A stretch of 45,546 nucleotides of DNA, the filler included, from Jimgerdemannia flammicorona (lineage: Eukaryota): NCBI GenBank assembly GCA_003990765.1. It is 2 parts of 2 records of this genome, joined end to end, with 100 filler letters (N's around TTAATTAATTAA, not from the genome) between each part and the next. Parts side by side here need not be neighbours in the genome. Positions count along the whole stretch, not along the records: positions 22,824 to 45,546 come from RBNJ01001217.1; 1 more part is not named here. The stretch is one strand, 5' to 3'. Each line of letters starts with the position of its first letter. The first letter of the stretch is position 1. The position numbers and the translations under genes are program-made. Under the pieces are notes generated by a model. The model made no database searches. It had not been told where the DNA came from and saw only the letters and a list, made by a program, of their open reading frames with translations. Shown one piece after another: positions 37,504 to 45,546 of this stretch.

Positions 37504-39789
37504 CTTCATAAAGAACTAAGGCTAAAAAGACAGCTGCTGGTTGTCCTAGGTCACTTAGATTTATAGAGCTAACAAAACTCTTATTGAGAAGAGTAAAGAA
37601 GGCTTCTATAAGATCTTCTTCATCTTGACTTGTGGGATATAGAGCAAGGAGTTTAGTATATAGAGTTTTATTTATCTGCTAATTTAATTGGAGTATTTCT
37701 TTTTATAAATGAAGTCTGTTCCACTTGTTGTAGATGTGGAGGTCAAATTGTCCTTGTATATTAGGTTCAATTCTCTCCAAATTATCAGATAGTTTAGAAT
37801 GAATTCTAATTCAGAGGTTGAGCTTTATATCAACTTGTAAAAATTCTTATAGAGATTTATATATAGTAGAGTAAGGAAGCATCTTGAAGCAGAATTGGAT
37901 TATAAACTACTGCTACTAAGTTGTAAGAGAGTTACTATTAAAAGTACCATTATATAGTTCTAGGAGGGTTTTCTGAAAGTTCTAGATATTCTGGAAGACT
38001 ATTTTCTTAAGGTTAAGATCAATTTCATATAGAGTATATCCTCTATATTTATTGATTTTAAGATAGAGTTGATGTCTTAATCAAAGTTCCTTTTTGAACT
38101 AGTTCTGGATGTTCAGGATTTTCTATATTTCAGGAAGTTCAAGAAACTAAGACCAGTTTAGTTGAATTAGTATATTACTACAGACAATATCTAATTAGAA
38201 AATTTCATGATATGGTTAGGAGTAAGATCTAACAGAGTATAGATTTACTTAAGAGTGGTTTGTAGGTTATTAAATAGATTTATTTACTATTTATAATATT
38301 ACTATACTAGGAATAGTATGTGAAGAGATATTGTGGAGAAGTGTTCAGGAGTTTTTATATGTTCAGATCTATTTAAGTCTGAGTTTCTGAGATCTGAGAG
38401 AGGGGGTATTTATACTAATAAGAGACTATCTAGACTATGCTAAATATAGATATAACACTTAGTACCTTACTGAGTTAGAATATAGATATATAGTACAAGT
38501 GTAAACTGATATATCAAGAGATTATCTGACTGCTGAGTTAGTATATAGTTATATTATACAAAGCTAATCTAACTATACTAATGACTGCTAAGTTATCTAT
38601 AGATTTAGATACTATCTCAGTAGTCTTCAATGACATTACTATTAATGATATCATCTCTGATAAAGTAATTATCTAGAAAGAGTAGTTCTTAGATTACTTC
38701 TCCCTATTTACTCAGGTAATAATATATTGGAACTATATCACTATTTTATAGAATAGTATTATTTGTCTCATATGCTAGGTATAGAGTTAGTAGATAAAGG
38801 AGAGGTATATTGTTTTCATTTTTATCAGATTTGCTATCTACATATCTTCTGTAGGTTATAGTACTATATGTTGCTGGGTTGTAGTAAATAGGTAGCTATT
38901 CTTCATATTACTCATACTTAAGTAATAGAGTTGTCAGTTCAATCTTAAGAGTTGTCTGAAGATACAAATTGTATTCCTTGGTCTCTTCATTGTAGTTGAA
39001 GTAGTTAGATATAAATGTGGATTAGTACTTATATTAGTAGTCATTATTCCAATAGGTCTCATAAGTAGTTATGAACTGTTGTAAGTTCATTGGCAAAGTT
39101 GGTGAGATAATTAGAGTTGGCAGAGATCCTTAGCTCAAGATTATATCAGTATCAGAGAGATTATTATCTTCTGCTTTATCATTATAAAACTGGATTATAT
39201 CATAGATATTCTTTATAGTATATCCAACTTGGGGCATTTGCAGAATATAGTCATCAGAGTGCAGGAAAGTTCTATCTATAGTTTGAATATATTCAATATA
39301 CTTATAGTTGAGTTCTTATATCATATCATCAATTTGGCCATAAGACAGAATGGCAATCATTTCAGTAATAGTAACTTAAAAGTAGAGAATAAAGATGCTA
39401 TACTTATAAAAGAGTTCTCAGTATTTACAGATAATAAGTTTCTAGTATTGAGACATCTGAATAATATTTGTATTATAGTAGTATTCAACTATATCTTATA
39501 GGAGATAGCTGATCTAGTAGTAGCTTGAGATTTGTCTAATTCAGTAGACTTCACTAAGTATGTTCAGAGTATTCCATCAGACTTCTACAAAGTAGAGAGA
39601 TATCAGGCTATAGATATTCATGAGAAGTAGGGGAGGTGTGACTCAGTTGATAATAGTATTCCAAATATCAGCATAGATGTAGTTATAGATCTTAGTCGTC
39701 ATAGTTGTATATATATTCAAAAATTATAGTTATTTATTTAGTTTGTTGTCATTTCAATATATTTGAGTACTCAGTATATATATATTTAG

Positions 39790-41600
39790 TCCTGATTGGT
39801 AAGGTTCCATTTTGTGTAAATCTTGTATTCTATGACTTTGAGTTGACTCAGCTTTATACTCTGTAACTTCAGTTTGACTTAGCTTTGTAATTTTATATAT
39901 GATTTCCAGATTTATTCTAAGGGTAATATATGATTTTAGTAATTTGGAGGTTGTGTGCTTATAAGTACTAACTAAGGTTTTCTCAGAATAATGTAGTATT
40001 CTTATAGAAATACTATATAGAGATTTAATTTTTTAAAGTACTCTTGTATTGTACAGAGTAACTTGACTATCATTTTATTGACTTGATATTCCTTTTCATT
40101 AGCTATGGAAATCTTGAACTCCACTTATTACAGTAGCTTAACAGTAATGATCTTCAGCTTCTTTACTATCTCTTTACTAATAAAGTTATCAGATATATTA
40201 CTATCAATAAGAATATCTATTTTTTATTCTTTGACTTTTCCTTTGAATAGTAGTAGACTAATATTGATAGTACTGATATTCTTCTTATATGTAGTTTATA
40301 CTTCCAGCACTTCCAAAGCTTTTAGTATCCTAAGCAGTTTCTTTTAGATTTGTAACTTCTTTAATTATTGGTACTTTGACTTATTTTAGAATTAGTTATA
40401 TAATCTAGTCTTACTTTTTGATTTTAAAGAGTTATGTATCATTGTTGATCAAAAGTACTTTAATTTTCCTATAATAGTCTAGGTCTATATATTATTCTTA
40501 TACTTAGATCAATACAATGTTTGATACTAAGACCTGATTATAATATAATTCTTTTATAATACTCTTAAGGTATTGGTATAGCTAGTCTAATAGCTATGAG
40601 TTATTACTATCCTACAGAGATTATTATATCTTAAATAGTCACTAGGTCTAATCTAATTACTCCTGAGATTTTTACTTCTGATATAATAGTATTAGAATAT
40701 AGTTTCTGAACTATTAGATATACTTCTTCAGTTTGAGTAATGAGTATTATTATTTTCTTCTTAGTAATAGTTAGAGTTTTCTTTATTTCTGTTTTGTCCT
40801 TAATCTTTCTTGAGTATTTGATAGTAATGTGTCCTTTTTCTTAGTAGTAGAAGTAGGCTCTACTCTTATATAATTTTTTCTTTTTCTCTAGTATAAGTCT
40901 TGATTTGATGATAGTATTCAGATCTACATATTAGAGCAGAACCTACAACTTTTTTTAGGGTATCTATATCTTTGTTGAGACTTCTTGGATTATTTGGAGA
41001 AATGATTTCTTCTAAAAGAGATTGTATTAAAGTAATTAGTAATTAATATTACTTCTTCAATAGTATTTAGATCTCATAGTTCTACTTTTCATCTAATATA
41101 ATCCTTGAGTCTCCATATATATCTATTAAATTTTTCAGCTTTGCTGATGTTGTTAATCTCTAAGACTATACTCATAAAGATAGTAGTATAGATCTTAACT
41201 AATCATATTTATTACAGAGATATCAACTTGTCTCTAGCTATCTTTTTTAAGTTAATAGACTTAAACTATCATATAAGTTGATCTTAAAACTTATTCCAGT
41301 TTGAAAGATCTTTCTCTTCATCTCTGACTATTTAGACTTTTATTTTTTATCAAATAGCTACATCTTCTCATAATGGTTACTTTTTTCTAATAGTAGAGAG
41401 AATATAGTATATAAAATAAGATATAAGCTATATTAAACCCTACTATATCTAGTATAATAGAACTACTGGACAATAGTAAATCTAAATTAATAAAAGTACA
41501 GTGTTCAGAAGAAAGAGAAAAAGGATTTTGACCTATATAGTTTAGATTTTCTTTTAATAAAAATCTGTAAAACATTGTGTCTATTTAAAAATATATATAT
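39790..41600 (-). mobile_element. Second, more eroded Gypsy relic with gag-zinc knuckle-dUTPase-protease order
   Basis: Minus strand: DLNTIIKSRLILEKKK..RAYFYY*EKGHITIKYSRK (knuckle relic, ~40805-40925); SGLSIKHCIDL..KIKVLLIN (dUTPase, ~40440-40535); KSFGSA (motif V, ~40305-40325); LLFKGKVKE*KIDILIDSNISDNFIS (protease, ~40175-40255). Confidence 0.75.
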
Positions 41601-42369
41601 ATATATACAACTAGTCAAATCTAGAAGAATGAGTTAGCAATAATTCAAAGCTAATATAGAATTAACAGCAAGAGTAGTAAACTTTTATCTAGATCTATAA
41701 GAAAGATAAAATAATCTTTTATAAAAACTAAATAAAAGATCTCAATATCTATTCTTTAAATTCAGATATCTATATATTTATAATATAGTATTCTTCCATC
41801 TATAATTATAGTAAAATAGATACTAAAAATTATAAAAGCTTATTTATCTTTATCTTACCCTTGATGACCTTATATCTCAAACTATTAAAACTCTTACTAA
41901 AAAAATAAAATTTAATAGATCTATATATAATAGTAGATAAGTTTCTCACCTTTCTCTCTCATGAATTAATCATATCATAGCTTCACCTTTATGTCCTTAA
42001 ATTTACCAGCAAAAAAGGGGTCTGAAGGAGACTCCAAGCTGTTTGGATGCTTGATGGGCAGAAAGAAGAGTCGGCAGAGCACAAAAATACTTAAAAACAC
42101 ACATACATTATATATATCTATTCTGCTAAGAGAGGCTGTGGCATAAGAAAGACCAGCGGCATAAGAGAGATGTCATAAAGGCTGGTGTAAGAGATGTAAG
42201 AGAGACGGTGTAAGAGGCTGCGGTGTAAGAGAGATGGCGTAGGAGGCTGGCGTGCTGGCGTGTAATAGAAGGTCGCGTAAAAGTTTAATAAAATTGGTCT
42301 AACGGCTCTACATGACGTCACTCCTAAGAAAAGCCACCAAAGATGAAGTTTCGGCTCTGAAACCGCAAC

Positions 42370-44915
42370 ATGAGCCACAAGAAGCGAAATTATCGTAAAA
42401 GAGATCTGGTGGAAGATGAAGGAGAGACAAGCGCCCCTGTGAAAATCTCGGACGATCCGTCCGGTTCCCTCTCGAGACTGAGCTTTGCGGACGAAGAGGT
42501 CTTGGTCGTAAAACCTGTGAAGATTGATCTTATCCTCATTATTCGCGCAATAACACTGGCAATTGACCGAATTTCGCTTCTTTTTGGATCAAAGTAGGTC
42601 CCCAAGCAGACCGCAAAACCAAAACGACCCAAGGAAACCTCGTCAGCCGCGACAGCTACGACAGCTGCGACCGAGCAATCAATCGAACCCGCTTCCATTG
42701 CATCCCAACAAGATGATCCGATCGTGCTGCTTAAATGCGCCAAAAAGAAGCTTTCCGTCCGACGTCTTCCGGACCGCGGGCGAGGCGTATGCGCCGAGGA
42801 AGATATCAGTGCCGGTAAATTTCTTCTCGGCCAAGATATGCACCCGATCCTGCGACAAACTATTGATCCAACATTGAACCCTGTCAGGCCAGACCCTACT
42901 CGAGGAGGATTCCTACGCGGCGGTGGTCGATGATAATAACCTCTCGCGGCGGTGCAGCGGGTGCTTTGGCGAGGCGAAGAAGCTTTCGCGGTGTTCGGCG
43001 TGTAAAGTTGTGCACTACTGTAGTTCGGTACGTTGCTCTGCATACGATTTGTTGGAAATTTTGAATATTATTCTGACATCTTTGGTATGGTGCTATCCTC
43101 GTCTCATAGGTGTGTCAGAAACGCGACTGGGTGACCTCACATCAGGAGGAGTGTAAGGCCTTTGTCAAGGTTGGCAGGCCTGTGCCAACGGCCATTCGGG
43201 TGGTGTCTCGGATCTTGAGGAGGAGACAGAGAGATAGAGAGTCGGCACGTGAAATTCCTGCATCTCTTTCTATTTATTCGATTTTTCATACGCTGGTATC
43301 AATCTAATTTCAAATCGTTCCGCGCTCACGGCCATTTAATTTAGTATTCGGAGGTCGAGAATCTTGAAAACCGTATGTACCGTACCAATCCCACTTTCGA
43401 ATTGTTAATCGTGCTACTGATTTCTACAGAAGAACTACACGAATACAATTCACCTCCCATCGCCTCTATCCAGGTAAACTAGATTTCCCTCTCCCTCAGC
43501 TCCAGACCTTTGCGCAGATAGCGATGGTGGTGCGCGACTGCGTGACCGAGGCCGCTATGCCCTCGGCGTCTGAAACCATCGATCTGTGGTGCCGAGTAAG
43601 CCGCTTTTGCCATCCCTTCCTTCGCATAGAACAATCTATATCTGTCTCACACCAAATCACACCTTAGTTTACGACCAATAGCTTCTCAATCCTGGACGGC
43701 GAGATGGTCGACGTGGGTGTTGGAGTCTACCCGGCCACGGCGATGATCAACCACTCGTGCTGGCCCAACTGTGTTGTTGTGTTTGAGGGTGCGAGAATCT
43801 TAGTGAGGTCTATTCGGCCTATTAAGCGTGGTGAGGAGGTAGGTGTTGATACAATGTCACGTGCATGCGTTTGAGTATATATTCCAGACACTTTCGATAT
43901 ATTTATTTACAATTTTCCAGATAACCCAGAGCTACATTGATATCGCCGAACCGGTGAGCCGACGACGTGCGGACCTGCGGCAACGGTATTTCTTCCTCTG
44001 CCAGTGCGAGCTGTGCGAGAGGACATCCAAGGTACTGAGTGATGTTGCACTCGCGGGTTGAGAATTCTTTTAGTGACCTCTTTGAGTTTTGCCAGGATAT
44101 GGACCCACGAGAGGCTTTGAATTGCCCCACGCGAGATTGTAAGGGGGCTATCCCACCACCAGGCGAGACCGTTTATCTGATTGTCACGTTCTATAAACAC
44201 TAAGTCTTTTCTTTCCGTGCCAGGCACCTTCAAGAAATTGACGAATATCACCATTACACCGGAATGTTTGTTCTTTCCGAACCATTTAGATCCTCTCGAC
44301 ATGTCTGATTTATACGAGACCGCGTGCAGAACCTGCGGGAACATTGTGAACCTCGACGCCGACGACATCCGGGATACGCTTCGCCGAGCCGACAAGTACT
44401 CCGAGTTCGCCAAAGACCTGGAATCCCAAGGTCCGCATCTCTCCTCGTGTCATATCCACCATTTTCCGTCTATCACACCGCCCACCCCCTAACCATCCCT
44501 CTCCATAATAGACCCCACTCGAGCCCTGCAAAACCTGCATCACAGCCTGAGAATCCTCAAACCCCTCTTGCACTTCTCTCACGCCACCCTCCTACACACG
44601 CAGCAGCACCTCAAGGACCTCTGCACGCAGCTTCGGGACTGGCCAGCGGCGTACGGGCACGCGTGCGCCCTGCTTGACGGCTACCGCGTCGTCTACCCGT
44701 GTAACCATCCGCTTGTCGGTGTGCTGGCCCTAGCTACCGCCAGGATGCTGCTCACGTGCGGGGACGAGATCGAGGTCGCGATCGAGTTGCTGAGGGAGGT
44801 GGTTATGGTGATGGAGGTCGCGTTTGGGGCGGAGAGTGCGATGACGAGGAGGGCGAGGGAGGAAGAGGTGGAAGTGACAAGGGAGTTTGAGAGGAAAAAA
44901 CTGGGGAGAGGGTAA
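42370..44915 (+). CDS. SET and MYND domain protein lysine methyltransferase (SMYD family), multi-exon
   Basis: GRGVCAEEDI (N-SET); CSGC..RCSACKVVHYCS..CQKRDW..HQEEC (MYND); GVYPATAMINHSCWPNC..RPIKRGEE|ITQSYID (SET); YFFLCQCELC (post-SET); C-terminal helical region YPCNHPLVG. Introns are GT..AG except one probable GC..AG. Confidence 0.92.
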
Positions 44916-45264
44916 AATGTGTTTTGTCGTTGGCCCACATCCTTCAAAGATTGATCAAATACAAGCACATAGAATTATGTTTCAAAACTATATTGGTGTG
45001 TATAAAAGGACAAGTGCGTACAAGCAACAAAAATATAGATTCCATCCCCCTCATGTCCTCTTTTACTCGCGAGAAAATTACAATGAAATATCCGAGGTCC
45101 AATTGTCCAAGTTGAATAATGGCTATGAGCATGAAAAGATATCACCAACCCCACGGACAGTCCAAAACCAAAGAGAAATGCACTGGCAATATTCGAAATG
45201 TGTCTCCATCCCGAGACCCCGGCCGGCCTTCGTTCCGTGCAAAAAACCTTCTCGTCATAGCCTC

Positions 45265-45546
45265 TCATTGACTATTAAATACAGCCCCACATCTCTCGCA
45301 CGTTTCCTCTGTCATATCCATGCAGCACACGAATCCGATGGGAAAGAGCACAATGCCAATGATCCACCCTGCGAGTGTGTACTGCGTGGTTAGAAGGTGG
45401 TTCCCAATGCACGAGTCAGGGGCAACAATGGCGCCGTAGCCGGCATTTGGCGGTGAGGTGTTGGGTTGGGGAGGGGTGTTGGGTTGGGGAGGGGTGTTGG
45501 GTTGGGGAGGGGTGTTGGGTTGTGGGAGGATGTTGGGTTGGGAGGG
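45265..45546 (-). CDS. 3' part of a BRI3 (brain protein I3)/LITAF-like small membrane protein, partial
   Basis: Minus-strand translation (NTPPQP)n NTSPPNAGYGAIVAPDSCIGNHLLTTQYTLAGWIIGIVLFPIGFVCCMDMTEETCERCGAVFNSQ*. A Pro-rich region precedes a hydrophobic FPxGxxCC segment and a terminal CxxC. Confidence 0.75.
   Translation of the reverse strand, partial: PSQPNILPQPNTPPQPNTPPQPNTPPQPNTSPPNAGYGAIVAPDSCIGNHLLTTQYTLAGWIIGIVLFPIGFVCCMDMTEETCERCGAVFNSQ
45459..45546 (-). repeat. Coding 18-bp tandem repeat (TGTTGGGTTGGGGAGGGG on +) encoding NTPPQP
   Basis: About 4-5 units are visible up to the window edge. Confidence 0.85.

Noticed and set aside
42390..43043. 217-aa minus-strand ORF
   Set aside because: Antisense to well-supported SMYD exons.
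45459..45546. G-rich terminal repeat as a possible telomere
   Set aside because: The 18-bp unit is in frame within a coding sequence and is not a telomeric motif.

Overview
Eukaryotic, intron-containing fungal DNA. The gene families suggest an early-diverging (Mucoromycota/Mortierellomycota-like) fungus, but that is inference. The window is two contigs joined by an artificial 100-bp spacer (44 N + TTAATTAATTAA + 44 N, 22724-22823). CpG-rich gene islands hold a disabled PRLF/FLCE/LGNL..WVC-family gene, an orphan multi-TM protein, a 5-exon MFS transporter, a SET-MYND (SMYD-type) methyltransferase and the 3' end of a BRI3-like gene. These alternate sharply with CpG-depleted, TpA-rich blocks of nested transposons: L1/Tx1-like LINEs of several ages, a DIRS/Ngaro-type RT relic, Ty3/Gypsy chromoviruses and an internally deleted Copia. 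Two signals stand out. (1) Repeats decayed almost only by C>T/G>A transitions: by hand count, 48 of 49 differences between two 464-bp LTRs and 19 of 19 between two 150-bp LTRs, with no indels. This looks like RIP-like or methylation-driven repeat hypermutation. (2) A chromovirus lineage carries a dUTPase between the Gag zinc knuckle and the protease (a betaretrovirus-like position) and is present here as two diverged copies.
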